Below are positions 8,900-18,311 of a stretch of 47,859 nt of DNA, piece by piece. A model generated the notes under the pieces. That model was not told the DNA's origin and ran no database searches. It saw only the letters and a program-made list of their open reading frames with translations. The DNA comes from a bacterium (lineage in GTDB: Bacteria > Desulfobacterota > DSWW01), in NCBI GenBank assembly GCA_040756235.1, contig JBFLZG010000030.1, forward strand, positions 1-47,859. The letters run 5' to 3'. The position numbers and the translations under genes were made by a program. Within the stretch, counting starts at the first letter, position 1, and each line of letters opens with the position of its first letter.

Positions 8900-8915
8900 T
8901 GGCATAGTCATTGCT
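8900..8915 (+). promoter_or_regulatory. Sigma54 promoter of the flp/tad operon
   Basis: TGGCAT-AGTCA-TTGCT consensus upstream of the pilin gene. Confidence 0.85.
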
Positions 8916-9123
8916 TTGCAAATGTGCCGTTATCAAAGTCCGGGCTCATCCACGAATTTCGATAAATGTTTGTTGTGGTGAAAGCGATCGCATTCATAAC
9001 CGCGTGCGCCCGATTCAACCGCTAGCCGAGGAAAGGAGGTGATCGAAGGGGACGAGAAACGATGTCTGAATCATTCAAGTAGTCGATGCACAATGCCGAA
9101 GAGACCGAAAGGAGCCAAAGAAA

Positions 9124-9294
9124 ATGGAGAAGCTGGTAAAGTTCCTAAAGGACGAAGAAGGTGTAACGGCGATCGAGTACGGGCTCATCGCAGTCCTCAT
9201 CGCACTGGCAATCATCGCGGGAGTGACTCTCGTGGGCACGAACCTGAATGCCACCTTCAACAGAGTCGCGACTCACCTTCCTGGTGCCTCCTGA
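9124..9294 (+). CDS. flp: Flp family type IVb/IVc major pilin (56 aa)
   Basis: Translated by hand: MEKLVKFLKDEEG|VTAIEYGLIAVLIALAIIAGVTLVGTNLNATFNRVATHLPGAS. G|xxxxEY Flp motif; RBS AAAGGAG 9 nt upstream; below the ORF-track length cut-off. Confidence 0.97.
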   Translation: MEKLVKFLKDEEGVTAIEYGLIAVLIALAIIAGVTLVGTNLNATFNRVATHLPGAS

Positions 9295-9303
9295 TAGGGC
9301 TCA

Positions 9304-9329
9304 TGGTAGGGGGGCCTCCCCCCCTACCA
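9304..9329 (+). terminator. GC-rich hairpin after the pilin (partial terminator or mRNA 3' stabiliser)
   Basis: TGGTAGGGGGG-cctc-CCCCCCTACCA 11-bp stem without a U-tract. Confidence 0.55.
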
Positions 9330-9395
9330 ACCAAGGGAATCGAAGAGAGTTGGGTAGTCAAACGGCACCACAACCATGGATCACAGCGCAGCCCA

Positions 9396-9956
9396 ATGGA
9401 CTTCCTGGCCTCCCCCCCACTGATCGTGTTTTTGACTTGTATCCTCGTTGGGGCCGCGTTCTTTGATCTCCGCTTTCACAAGATACCGAACCTCCTGACC
9501 TACCCGGCCATGCTCATGTCGCTTCTCTATCACGGTGTCACACATGGCACCCCGGGCATACTGTTCAGCCTCGAGGGCCTCGGCGCGGGCATGGGTTTTC
9601 TTATTTTATTCTATCTTCTTGGAGGCATGGGGGCGGGCGACGTCAAGCTGCTCGGCGCGGCAGGCTCGGCCCTGGGTCCGCTGGGCGCGCTCAACGCCTT
9701 CCTTTTCACGGCTTTCTCCGGCGGTATCTGCTCGTTGCTGCTCATCCTCGTGCACCGTGCCCAGTTCAAGGCGCTCCTGGTCCGATGTGGCCTCATGCTG
9801 AAGATGTTCATCGCCACGGGCTCCGTGGTCCGCATTGCCGCCTCCTCCGACAACGAGAAACTTCCCAAGATGGCGTATGGCCTCCACATTTCGTGCGGGA
9901 CCCTGTTTACTTTGTTTTGGCATTTTTCATACAATCGTTTCCCAATTGACTTTTAG
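9396..9956 (+). CDS. cpaA: Prepilin peptidase (A24 family) CpaA/TadV
   Basis: FFDLRFHKIPNLL and GGMGAGDVKL catalytic aspartate motifs; follows flp. Start set at ATG 9396. Confidence 0.93.
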   Translation: MDFLASPPLIVFLTCILVGAAFFDLRFHKIPNLLTYPAMLMSLLYHGVTHGTPGILFSLEGLGAGMGFLILFYLLGGMGAGDVKLLGAAGSALGPLGALNAFLFTAFSGGICSLLLILVHRAQFKALLVRCGLMLKMFIATGSVVRIAASSDNEKLPKMAYGLHISCGTLFTLFWHFSYNRFPIDF

Positions 9957-10034
9957 ACCGTTTTTTACATTAATAGCGACAAATTTCAGGAAACTCGTCC
10001 CGCTCACCGCATGCGGCATTTGGAGTGAAAGGCC

Positions 10035-10871
10035 ATGGGAAAGTGGAAAGCCGTGGTTCCGATCCTGGTAGCCGTCGTCATCGCCCTCGTCGGCAGCTCC
10101 ATGACTTACAAGTGGGCCAAGCAACAGACGGTTCCGACGCAGACCGTGGAAGCGGAAGCCGAGACTGCCCAGGTCGCGGTGGCCGCCGTCGACCTGGGCT
10201 GGGGCACCCAGCTCACAGGCGACAAGGTGAAGCTCCTCACCTACTTGAAGGCCAGCCTCCCTCCGGGCCACTTCTCGGCAGCGTCAGACCTGGAGGGACG
10301 GGTGATCATCCTCCCGGTCAAGCAGGACGAACCCATCCTGGAGTCCAGGCTGGCCCCGACCAGCATGGCCACAGGCGGCGTCTCTGCCATCGTCAAGGGG
10401 GGACACCGTGCCCTGGCCGTCAAGGGGGACAACGTGTTGGGGTTGTCCGGCCTCATCAGGCCGGGAAACCGTGTGGACGTCCTCGTTTCTTACTCCACCA
10501 GAGCGGACGACAAGGAAATCACCAAGGTGGTACTCGAGAACGTCCTGGTCCTGGCGACCGGCTCGGAGGTAAGGGGCAAGGGGGGGGACGAGACGCAGCC
10601 CGTGGATGTCTACACCCTGGAGGTCACCCCCGAAGACGCAGAGAAGCTGGCGCTCGCTGCGACCCAGGGCAAGCTCCACTTCGCCCTGAGAAACGCCATG
10701 GACACCGAAACCGTGCTGACCAAAGGAGCGACCATAGCCGAAACACTCTCCTCCTTCCGACTGGGTCAGGTGGTCGTCCACAAGGGAGTGCCCAAGCCCG
10801 TGGTAAGAACGGGAGTGAGCGTCGAAGTGATCCGAGGAGCGGACGTGTCGAAACAGACTTTTTCGAAGTGA
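10035..10871 (+). CDS. cpaB: Flp pilus assembly protein CpaB/RcpC
   Basis: N-terminal TM, SAF domain, GHRALAV..GLIRPGNRVDV, VLENVLVLA, TLEVTPEDAEKLALA, ALRN. Confidence 0.93.
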   Translation: MGKWKAVVPILVAVVIALVGSSMTYKWAKQQTVPTQTVEAEAETAQVAVAAVDLGWGTQLTGDKVKLLTYLKASLPPGHFSAASDLEGRVIILPVKQDEPILESRLAPTSMATGGVSAIVKGGHRALAVKGDNVLGLSGLIRPGNRVDVLVSYSTRADDKEITKVVLENVLVLATGSEVRGKGGDETQPVDVYTLEVTPEDAEKLALAATQGKLHFALRNAMDTETVLTKGATIAETLSSFRLGQVVVHKGVPKPVVRTGVSVEVIRGADVSKQTFSK

Positions 10872-10894
10872 AGAAGCAGAGAAAGAGAGATGCG

Positions 10895-12334
10895 ATGAAA
10901 CGAGAACACACGTCAGGATCGAGCGGCCCGAGCCTTGTCATCCTCCTGCTGATGCTCTGTTGCATCCCTCCTGTCCTCTGCCAGGCCCAGACGGCTGCGC
11001 TCTCCGAGATCGTGAGCGACCATGAAGTGGTGCTGGCGGCCGGGCAATCCACCGTCATCAGGACGCCTCAGGCGGTGAAAAGAGTGTCCGTGGCCAGCCC
11101 GGAGACTGCTGAATTCGTCCTTCTCTCTCCGCACGAGCTCTACCTCACCGGGAAAAAGCCGGGCGCAACCAATGTCACCCTCTGGTACACCGACGGCAGC
11201 GTGGCCGTCTACCACCTGGAGGTTGCCTATGATGTGGTGTCATTGAAGCGCAGGCTCCACGAGCTCCTTCCGGATGAGAGGGACATCCGGGTCTTCTCGA
11301 CTCCCGATTCCATCACCCTCTCGGGCCGGGTCTCCAACACTCAGAACCTTTCTCTGGCAGCGGACCTGGCGCAGGGGTATGCGCCGGAAGGCAAGGTCCG
11401 GAACCTGCTCGAGGTGGCCGGCATCCAGCAGGTCATGCTGGAGATGCGGGTCTCCGAGATCTCCAAGAGCCTGCTCAAGAGACTCGGGATCAACTTCATG
11501 TACACGAAAGGTGGGGAATTCGGGCTCGGGCTCCCGGGCAAGCTGGCACAATTGGTGGCGCCGGATGACAGCAACCTGCCCATACTCTCCCTGACCGAGC
11601 CGGGCCTTCTGGTCAGTCCCAGTGTGAACGCTCTGTTTCGCCTGCAGAGCGGAAGCGCAACCTGGACCGGCTTGATCGATGCGCTGCATGAGGACGGCCT
11701 CGTCAAGGTTCTTGCGGAGCCCACGCTCATTACCCTGAGCGGCCAGGAGGCCACCTTCCTGGTCGGCGGCGAGTACCCGATCCCGGTCCCTCAGGGGCTG
11801 GGCGCGGTCGCCATCGAGTACAAGGAGTACGGTGTGAGGCTGCGGTTCACCCCCACGGTCCTCACCGGCGGAAAGATCACCCTCAAGGTGCGGCCGGAGG
11901 TCTCGGAGCTGGATTTCTCTACCGCCATCCAGTTCGAGGGTTTTGTCGTGCCCGGCCTTACCAGCCGCAAGGCCGAGACCGTCATCGAGCTCGCCGACGG
12001 CCAGAGTTTCGCCATGGCCGGACTGCTCAGGGACACGACCCGGGACACCATTTCCAAGTACCCTTTTCTCGGAGACATCCCCGTTCTTGGCAACCTCTTC
12101 CGCAGCCGCTCCTTTCAAAAGAACGAGACCGAGCTGGTCATCATTGCAACCCCGCACCTCGTGATCCCCCTCGATCAGCAGCAGCAGCCTCTGCCCACAG
12201 ACTTCTACACGGAGCCGGACAATGTCGACTTTTATATTTGGGGCTCTCAGGAGCACCGCGCGGGCGACAAGGAACCGCCGGTGACCGCCGAGACGGACGG
12301 GGACTTCGGACATGCCATCCCCCTGTCCCCTTGA
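10895..12334 (+). CDS. cpaC: Tad secretin CpaC/RcpA
   Basis: Signal peptide, N and BON domains, QVMLEMRVSE, LAEPTLITLSGQEATFLVGGEYPIP, PFLGDIPVLGNLFRS..ETELVIIATP. Start set at ATG 10895. Confidence 0.95.
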   Translation: MKREHTSGSSGPSLVILLLMLCCIPPVLCQAQTAALSEIVSDHEVVLAAGQSTVIRTPQAVKRVSVASPETAEFVLLSPHELYLTGKKPGATNVTLWYTDGSVAVYHLEVAYDVVSLKRRLHELLPDERDIRVFSTPDSITLSGRVSNTQNLSLAADLAQGYAPEGKVRNLLEVAGIQQVMLEMRVSEISKSLLKRLGINFMYTKGGEFGLGLPGKLAQLVAPDDSNLPILSLTEPGLLVSPSVNALFRLQSGSATWTGLIDALHEDGLVKVLAEPTLITLSGQEATFLVGGEYPIPVPQGLGAVAIEYKEYGVRLRFTPTVLTGGKITLKVRPEVSELDFSTAIQFEGFVVPGLTSRKAETVIELADGQSFAMAGLLRDTTRDTISKYPFLGDIPVLGNLFRSRSFQKNETELVIIATPHLVIPLDQQQQPLPTDFYTEPDNVDFYIWGSQEHRAGDKEPPVTAETDGDFGHAIPLSP

Positions 12335-12380
12335 GCCGGGGAGGCTGCCTCTGATTCAAACAACGCCGTGGAGAAGAAAG

Positions 12381-12692
12381 ATGTTAGCTCGATCGATCTT
12401 ACTGGCAGTTCTTCTGGTTTCGGTTTCCCTCTCTCCCTTGCCGGCCCTGGAACAGACGCCTCTCGAGCAGAATTGGGGCAAGTCTTTCGAGACGCAAAAG
12501 GACCTTCAGATCCAGAACCCTGAGGCCGCCCAGGAAGCCGTGACGCCGACAGGCCTGGATGGAGTGGCGGCAGGAATCGTGATGGATGCTTACAGGGCAA
12601 GCTTTCAGGCCAAGGGGCAAGGGGCAGAAAGCGGGGGAGCGCAGCCGATGGCGATCGGTGGGGCCGGCGGCTATTCAGGTTGTCAACCATAG
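12381..12692 (+). CDS. Small exported Tad-associated protein
   Basis: Signal peptide MLARSILLAVLLVSVSLSPLPA; NWGKSFE..QIQNP..GLDG.AA..MDAY; lies between the secretin and cpaE. Confidence 0.7.
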   Translation: MLARSILLAVLLVSVSLSPLPALEQTPLEQNWGKSFETQKDLQIQNPEAAQEAVTPTGLDGVAAGIVMDAYRASFQAKGQGAESGGAQPMAIGGAGGYSGCQP

Positions 12693-12735
12693 TCTTCCCT
12701 CATGGAGCACTACCACCCCGTAAAGGAAGGGCAAA

Positions 12736-13872
12736 ATGGGGGAACCCGCATTTCTGGTCAGGCTGCAGATCAAGAGCCCGCAGGCGAGAAAAGCGCTCGA
12801 ACAGATCCTCGAGCACCGTGAGGAGTTCGAGATCCAGAAGCCCGACGACGGGCGCCGGCCGGGGCTTCTCATCTTCGAGCTCGGAAGTCCGCCGGACGAG
12901 GACTTTCTCCAGGTCCAGGCCCTGATCGACAGCGGCGCGGCCGACGAGGTGTTTCTCACTTCCGGGCTTCTGAGCCAGGAAGTGCTCCTCAGGGCCATTC
13001 GTACAGGGGCAAAGGAGTTCCTCTCTCAGCCTCTGCAGACCGAAGAGCTCCAACAAGCTCTGGACCAGTTCAAAAAGAGGAGGGAGGAGCCGCGGCAGAG
13101 AGGCCCGCGAAGGATGGGCCAGATCTTTCACGTCATCGGCAGCAAGGGGGGCATCGGGAGCACCACGATTGCCGTCAACCTGGCCGTTGCCCTGGCGGAA
13201 GGCAAGAAGACGCATTCGGTCGCGCTCATGGACATGAACATGCCGTTCGGCGAGATTCCCCTCTTCCTCGAAATCGCGCCCAGGTACCACTGGGGAGAAG
13301 CCATCAAGAACAGCGCTCGCCTGGACGAGTCCTTCCTCACGAACATCCTCGTCCGGCACTCTTCGGGAGTTCATGTGCTCCCTTCTCCGGCTTCCGTCGA
13401 TTACTATGACCCGCGCACCCTGGAGACGCTCGAGCGGCTGCTCGGGCTCCTGAGAAGGATGTTCGACATCGTGGTCCTCGACGGAGGCCACTCGCTGGGC
13501 GGGATGTCCCTCCGGCTCCTGGAGCTTTCGGATCAGATCCTGCTCGTCTCGGTCCTGAGTCTGCCCTGTTTGACCAACGCTCAGAAGATCCTGAACATCC
13601 TCCGTGACCTGCGTCACCCGCCCGGTGAACGGGTCAGGGTCGTCGTCAACCGTTACCTGAAGAACTCTGACATCACCCTCAAGGTCGCCAGGGAAAGCAT
13701 CCACCAGGACGTGTACTGGACCGTGCCCAACGATTACCGGACGACGATGTCGGCCATCAACCAGGGCAAGCCGATCGCGCAGCTTGCGCCCAGGACGCCG
13801 ATCGCTCGGAGCTTGAGGGACCTCGCCGCCACTCTTCTCGAGCAGCCGGCCCATCCGGAAAAGGGAGTGTAA
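12736..13872 (+). CDS. cpaE: CpaE/TadZ (receiver-like domain + MinD/ParA-type ATPase)
   Basis: RAIRTGAKEFL degenerate receiver; GSKGGIGSTTIAVNLA deviant Walker A; VPNDY..SAINQGKP. Confidence 0.92.
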   Translation: MGEPAFLVRLQIKSPQARKALEQILEHREEFEIQKPDDGRRPGLLIFELGSPPDEDFLQVQALIDSGAADEVFLTSGLLSQEVLLRAIRTGAKEFLSQPLQTEELQQALDQFKKRREEPRQRGPRRMGQIFHVIGSKGGIGSTTIAVNLAVALAEGKKTHSVALMDMNMPFGEIPLFLEIAPRYHWGEAIKNSARLDESFLTNILVRHSSGVHVLPSPASVDYYDPRTLETLERLLGLLRRMFDIVVLDGGHSLGGMSLRLLELSDQILLVSVLSLPCLTNAQKILNILRDLRHPPGERVRVVVNRYLKNSDITLKVARESIHQDVYWTVPNDYRTTMSAINQGKPIAQLAPRTPIARSLRDLAATLLEQPAHPEKGV

Positions 13873-13902
13873 GCCCCGGGCCCGGTCAGGAGGCAAACGC
13901 AG

Positions 13903-15237
13903 ATGAAAATGATCGCCGAAAACCTGAGGGTCGTCGGCCCTCGCAGGAATATGCCCGAAGAGTACTTCGAGCTGAAGACAAGGATCCACGGCAGGCTTCT
14001 GGACCTCATCGACCTCTCCCTCATCGACACGCTCGATCGGGAAGCCCTGAAGTCTCAGCTCGGCCATCTCGTCGAAAGGATCCTTCGGGAAGACGGATCG
14101 TTCATGCCCTTGAACTCCATCGAGCGCAGGCTCCTCGTCACGGAGATCCAGGACGAGGTGATGGGCCTCGGGCCCCTGGAGCCCTTCTTCCAGGACCCGA
14201 CCATCTGCGACATCCTGGTAAACACCTACAGGAACATCTACGTCGAGCGCGCCGGAAAGCTGGAGCGCACCGATGCGCGCTTCAAAGACAACGCCCACCT
14301 GATGCGGATCATCGACAAGATCGTCTCCTCGGTCGGGCGCCGTATCGACGAGTCCTCCCCCATGGTGGACGCAAGGCTCGCCGACGGGTCGCGGGTGAAC
14401 GCGATCATTCCTCCTCTGGCGCTGGACGGGGCGATCCTCTCCATCCGACGGTTCGCCGCCGACCCCCTCGAGATGGACGATCTCGTCCGGTTCAAGACCC
14501 TGACCCCCCAGATCGCCGATCTCCTCAAGGGGATCGCACAGACGAAGCTGAACGTCCTCATATCCGGGGGCACGGGAAGCGGGAAGACCACCTTGCTCAA
14601 CGTGATCTCCCGCTACATCGGCGGGGACGAGCGAATCGTCACCATCGAGGACGCCGCAGAGCTGCAGCTCAAGCAGGAGCACGTGGTCAGGCTCGAGACG
14701 CGGCCCGCGAACATCGAAGGCACGGGCGAGGTGACGCAGCGGGACCTCGTGAGGAACAGCCTGCGCATGCGCCCGGACCGGATCATCGTGGGCGAGGTTC
14801 GCGGGCAGGAGGCATTCGACATGCTCCAGGCCATGAACACGGGCCATGACGGCTCTCTCACCACGATCCACGCCAACTCGCCCCGGGACGCCCTGATGCG
14901 CCTGGAGACGATGGTCGCCATGGCGAACTTCGACATCCCCTGCGAGTTCCTGAGGCGGTACATCAGCTCCGCTCTGAACATCGTCATCCATCTCGCCCGC
15001 CTCGCCGACGGCACCAGAAAGATCACCAGCCTCCAGGAGATCACCGGAATGGAAGGCAGCGTGATCACCATGCAGGAGATCTTTTCCTTCGAGAAGACGA
15101 GGATCGACCAGGACGGCAGGGTGAGGGGCAAGTTCGTCTTTCAAGGGGTCCGCCCCCGCTTCATCGAACGGTTTGTCGTGGCCGGCATCCACGTTCCACC
15201 CGAAGTTTTCGAAGGGTCCAAGGCCGTGGAGCTGTAG
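13903..15237 (+). CDS. cpaF: Tad assembly ATPase CpaF/TadA
   Basis: GGTGSGKTT Walker [39 protein letters not shown]. Confidence 0.97.
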   Translation: MKMIAENLRVVGPRRNMPEEYFELKTRIHGRLLDLIDLSLIDTLDREALKSQLGHLVERILREDGSFMPLNSIERRLLVTEIQDEVMGLGPLEPFFQDPTICDILVNTYRNIYVERAGKLERTDARFKDNAHLMRIIDKIVSSVGRRIDESSPMVDARLADGSRVNAIIPPLALDGAILSIRRFAADPLEMDDLVRFKTLTPQIADLLKGIAQTKLNVLISGGTGSGKTTLLNVISRYIGGDERIVTIEDAAELQLKQEHVVRLETRPANIEGTGEVTQRDLVRNSLRMRPDRIIVGEVRGQEAFDMLQAMNTGHDGSLTTIHANSPRDALMRLETMVAMANFDIPCEFLRRYISSALNIVIHLARLADGTRKITSLQEITGMEGSVITMQEIFSFEKTRIDQDGRVRGKFVFQGVRPRFIERFVVAGIHVPPEVFEGSKAVEL

Positions 15238-15250
15238 CCTCCACGCGAGG

Positions 15251-16228
15251 ATGAGAGCCATGAAAGTACTCCTTGCCACGGTTGCGCTCTTCTTTCTTGT
15301 TTCCGTGATCACCATCGAGCTGCTCCTGTTCGGCTACAGGAAGCTCAACCGCGCGGAGCGCCGTAAAGTCAAGAAGAGACTCCGGACCCTTGCCTACGAG
15401 GAAGGCCCGTCGGGCGCGCCCCAGATCGTCCGCAAGAGAGTGCTCAGCTCGGTGCCGGCCCTGAACGAGCTTCTGCTTCACAGCCCGGTGCGCCGTTTCG
15501 AACGCCTCACGCGACAGGCCAACGCCGAGCATCCGCTGGGAGTCTACCTGTTGCTCACCCTGGTGCTCATGGCCTCGGGGTCCTTTCTTGCTTTCCTTTA
15601 CTTCCGGAGCTACCCCGTCTCGGTGCTCGCAGGCCTGGCTTGCGGAACGATCCCCTACCTCTACCTCGTGGCGAAGAAGAAACACAGGATGGAGCGCTTC
15701 CAGAAGCAGCTGCCCGAGGCGCTGGAGTTGATCGGCCGGGCGCTGCGGGCCGGCCATGCCTTCACCAGCGGCATGAAGCTCGCCGCGGACCAGTTCGACG
15801 ATCCTCTCGGCCCGGAGTTCGAAGATACGCTGGATGAGATCAATTTCGGTATAAGCGTTCCCGACGCCCTGAAGGGGCTCGGCGACCGGGTCGACTGCCC
15901 GGATCTGAAATACTTCGTCATCTCGGTGATCATTCAGCGCGAGGCAGGAGGAAACCTTGCCGAGATCATCGAGAGCATCGCCCGCATCGTCCGTGAACGG
16001 TTCAAGTTCCAGGACAAGCTCAAGGTGCTGGCCGCCGAGGGAAAGGTGTCGGCCCGGATTCTCACCGTCCTGCCTTTCCTCTTCATCTTCGCAGTGAGCT
16101 TCCTCAACCCCCAGTACCTCAAGACGCTTTTTACAGAACCGACAGGCCGCACCTTGTGCTGGGTCGCAGGATCCCTGATGATCCTGGGGATCCTGATCAT
16201 GACAAGAATGGCCAAGATCAGGGTATGA
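15251..16228 (+). CDS. tadB: TadB (T2SS F-family inner-membrane platform)
   Basis: FQKQLPEALELIGRALRAGH, IQREAGGNLAEI, AEGKVSA. Start at ATG 15251 or 15260. Confidence 0.93.
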   Translation: MRAMKVLLATVALFFLVSVITIELLLFGYRKLNRAERRKVKKRLRTLAYEEGPSGAPQIVRKRVLSSVPALNELLLHSPVRRFERLTRQANAEHPLGVYLLLTLVLMASGSFLAFLYFRSYPVSVLAGLACGTIPYLYLVAKKKHRMERFQKQLPEALELIGRALRAGHAFTSGMKLAADQFDDPLGPEFEDTLDEINFGISVPDALKGLGDRVDCPDLKYFVISVIIQREAGGNLAEIIESIARIVRERFKFQDKLKVLAAEGKVSARILTVLPFLFIFAVSFLNPQYLKTLFTEPTGRTLCWVAGSLMILGILIMTRMAKIRV

Positions 16229-17217
16229 CGGAGATGCAGGCCATGTCCGAAATGGCACCGTTCGTTCCACATGCCGTCTCAGCAGCGACATTCATCGTGA
16301 TATTCCTTCTCCTCATCGGCATTCATCAGTACGCACGACAAAAGGCCCGGAGCCGCGACCTGGTGGAAAAGCTCAAAGGCTATCAGCCCGAGAAGGAGCT
16401 TTTCGATCAGGAGCAGAATTCCTCGACCCCCATGGCCGCGCTCAGGAACCGGGTGGTTGGAACCCTGGGCCAGGTCGGCCAGCGCGTGGGGCCCAAGGAG
16501 ACAGCCCCCGAATACTCCAAGATGAGGATGCGGTTCCTCAGAGCCGGCCTGCGCGGGGCCGGCTACCTGCCCCTGTTCTGGGGCGTCAAGTGCCTGCTCA
16601 TGCTCTGCCTTCCGGCGACTTTCCTCCTCATCAAGACCGTGACCGCAACACTCCCGAATGCGAACCTGGTGATGCTCATCACCCTCTTGCTGGCCATGGC
16701 GGGCTTCTATCTTCCCGATCTGTGGCTGACGATGCGTGTCTCCCGAAGGAAGAACAGGATATTCGAAGGGGTCCCGGATGCCCTGGATCTGCTCGTCGTC
16801 TGCGTCGAAGCAGGCATGGGGCTCGATGCCGCCATGAACCGCATCGGGGAGGAAATGCAGCTGGCCAACCCTCCCCTGAGCGACGAGCTCAGGATCTACA
16901 ACCTCGAGATGAGGGCCGGCAAGCCGCGCCAGGAGGCGCTGAGCCACCTGGCGGCCAGGATCGATCTGGATGATTTCAGCAGCCTCTCCACCCTGCTCAT
17001 CCAGACGGACAAGTTCGGCACCAGCCTGGCCCAGGCCCTCAGGGTCTATTCCGACACGTTCCGTACGAAACGGTACATCAAGGCAGAGGAAATAGCCGCC
17101 AAGCTCCCGACGAAGTTGATGGTTCCCTTGATCTTCTTCATCTTTCCCGGGCTCTTCGTCGTGATTCTGGGGCCTGCGGTGATCCGCATTGCACAGGTTA
17201 TTTCGACCCTCTTCTGA
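16225..17217 (+). CDS. tadC: TadC
   Basis: PDALDLLVVCVEAGMGLDAA, LIQTDKFGTSLAQALR, AEEIAAKLPTKLMVPLIFFIFP. ATGA overlap with tadB. Confidence 0.93.
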   Translation: MTEMQAMSEMAPFVPHAVSAATFIVIFLLLIGIHQYARQKARSRDLVEKLKGYQPEKELFDQEQNSSTPMAALRNRVVGTLGQVGQRVGPKETAPEYSKMRMRFLRAGLRGAGYLPLFWGVKCLLMLCLPATFLLIKTVTATLPNANLVMLITLLLAMAGFYLPDLWLTMRVSRRKNRIFEGVPDALDLLVVCVEAGMGLDAAMNRIGEEMQLANPPLSDELRIYNLEMRAGKPRQEALSHLAARIDLDDFSSLSTLLIQTDKFGTSLAQALRVYSDTFRTKRYIKAEEIAAKLPTKLMVPLIFFIFPGLFVVILGPAVIRIAQVISTLF

Positions 17218-17250
17218 CCTGAGCCGGAGCCGGAGCACAGGAGGTCGCTG

Positions 17251-18255
17251 ATGAAGGCGGTTCGAGCTTACCCCCACGCCATCCTGCCTCTGCTGGCTCT
17301 CTTTGCCGTCGCTTGCCTGGCCGGGTGCGCGGCCAAGAAGGACCGGGTCCGCAGCGCGAGCGGTCTGGACAACGAGCTCCACACCCGGATCACTGCCATT
17401 CACAACCAGGACCCATCCGAGCCTCTTCGCCATCCGACCGATACCGGGCAGCTCGCCGAGCCGAGCGCAGACGAGCTGGAGAGACTGGGCGATACACATC
17501 TCTCGATGGGGAATTTCCAACTCGCCCTTACCGAGTACGAGAAAGCCTTCCGTATCGACCCGAGCCGAACCTCGATACATTACAAGAAGGGACTCTCGTA
17601 CCTTCTTGGGCGAGCCTACGACGACGCCGAGGCCGAATTTCAGGAAGCCCTCAAGAAAGAGCCAGCGAATGCGCTCGCCTATGAAGGTCTTGGCGAGTCT
17701 CTTTTCTACAGGGGGAGCTACGATCATGCGATCAGCAATTTCCGCAAGGCCCTCGACCTGAATCCCGGCCAATGGAAGAGCCGCAATTACCTGGGCATCA
17801 TCTACGATTACAGAGGCGAGCACGAGCTGGCCGCTGACCAGTACAGGCAGGCCCTCTCCGTCCGGCCTGCCAGCCCCACCGCATACAACAATCTGGGAAT
17901 CGCTTACTACCTGTCCGGAGATTACGAGAGGGCCATCGTCTCGTTCAAGGCAGCCCTCAAGACCAAGCGCGCCGATGAACGGGCATACAACAACCTGGGC
18001 CTTGCCCTCTCCTGTGCCGGCAGGTACGAAGAGGCGCTTGGCGCCTTCAGGCAGGCGGGGGACGAAGCGCAGGCCTATAACAATCTCGGGTGCATGTATC
18101 TCAGAGATGCGAAGTACCCCGACGCGATCCGCTGCTTTCGGAAGGCGATCGAGCTGAGGCCTGCTTTCTACCTCAAGGCCGACGAAAACCTGAGGAAATG
18201 CCGTATGGCTCTCGGGGCAAGCACATCGGGCTCACAGCCAAAGCATATCGAATAG
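17251..18255 (+). CDS. tadD: TPR lipoprotein, TadD-like pilotin
   Basis: Lipobox LAG-C; multiple TPRs (AYNNLG x3); position after tadC. Confidence 0.82.
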   Translation: MKAVRAYPHAILPLLALFAVACLAGCAAKKDRVRSASGLDNELHTRITAIHNQDPSEPLRHPTDTGQLAEPSADELERLGDTHLSMGNFQLALTEYEKAFRIDPSRTSIHYKKGLSYLLGRAYDDAEAEFQEALKKEPANALAYEGLGESLFYRGSYDHAISNFRKALDLNPGQWKSRNYLGIIYDYRGEHELAADQYRQALSVRPASPTAYNNLGIAYYLSGDYERAIVSFKAALKTKRADERAYNNLGLALSCAGRYEEALGAFRQAGDEAQAYNNLGCMYLRDAKYPDAIRCFRKAIELRPAFYLKADENLRKCRMALGASTSGSQPKHIE

Positions 18256-18262
18256 ATTTGAT

Positions 18263-18291
18263 TTGACTTACGCCGTTCTTTTGTGCATACT
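18263..18291 (+). promoter_or_regulatory. Putative internal sigma70 promoter for the minor pilin genes
   Basis: TTGACT-N17-CATACT in the short AT-rich gap before tadE. Confidence 0.5.
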
Positions 18292-18311
18292 CGTTTCGTA
18301 CAATCCGAGGC

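Noticed and set aside
8916..9123. Possible c-di-GMP riboswitch in the long pilin leader
   Set aside because: The GEMM-I hallmarks (GCAAAC..GAAA..GACGCAAAGC) are not present. An Rfam scan would settle it.
9039..9395. Long N-terminal extension of cpaA overlapping the pilin
   Set aside because: The GTG lies inside the SD sequence itself, the extension is non-protein-like, and the region encodes Flp in another frame.
10025..10894. 769-aa secretin ORF start overlapping cpaB
   Set aside because: Alternative-frame read-through of cpaB; the secretin signal peptide begins at ATG 10895.
12700..15315. 871-aa minus-strand ORF (likewise 38147-40483, 42171-43985, 36314-37777, 16279-17823)
   Set aside because: Antisense to clearly recognisable genes; long stop-free shadows are expected at high GC3.
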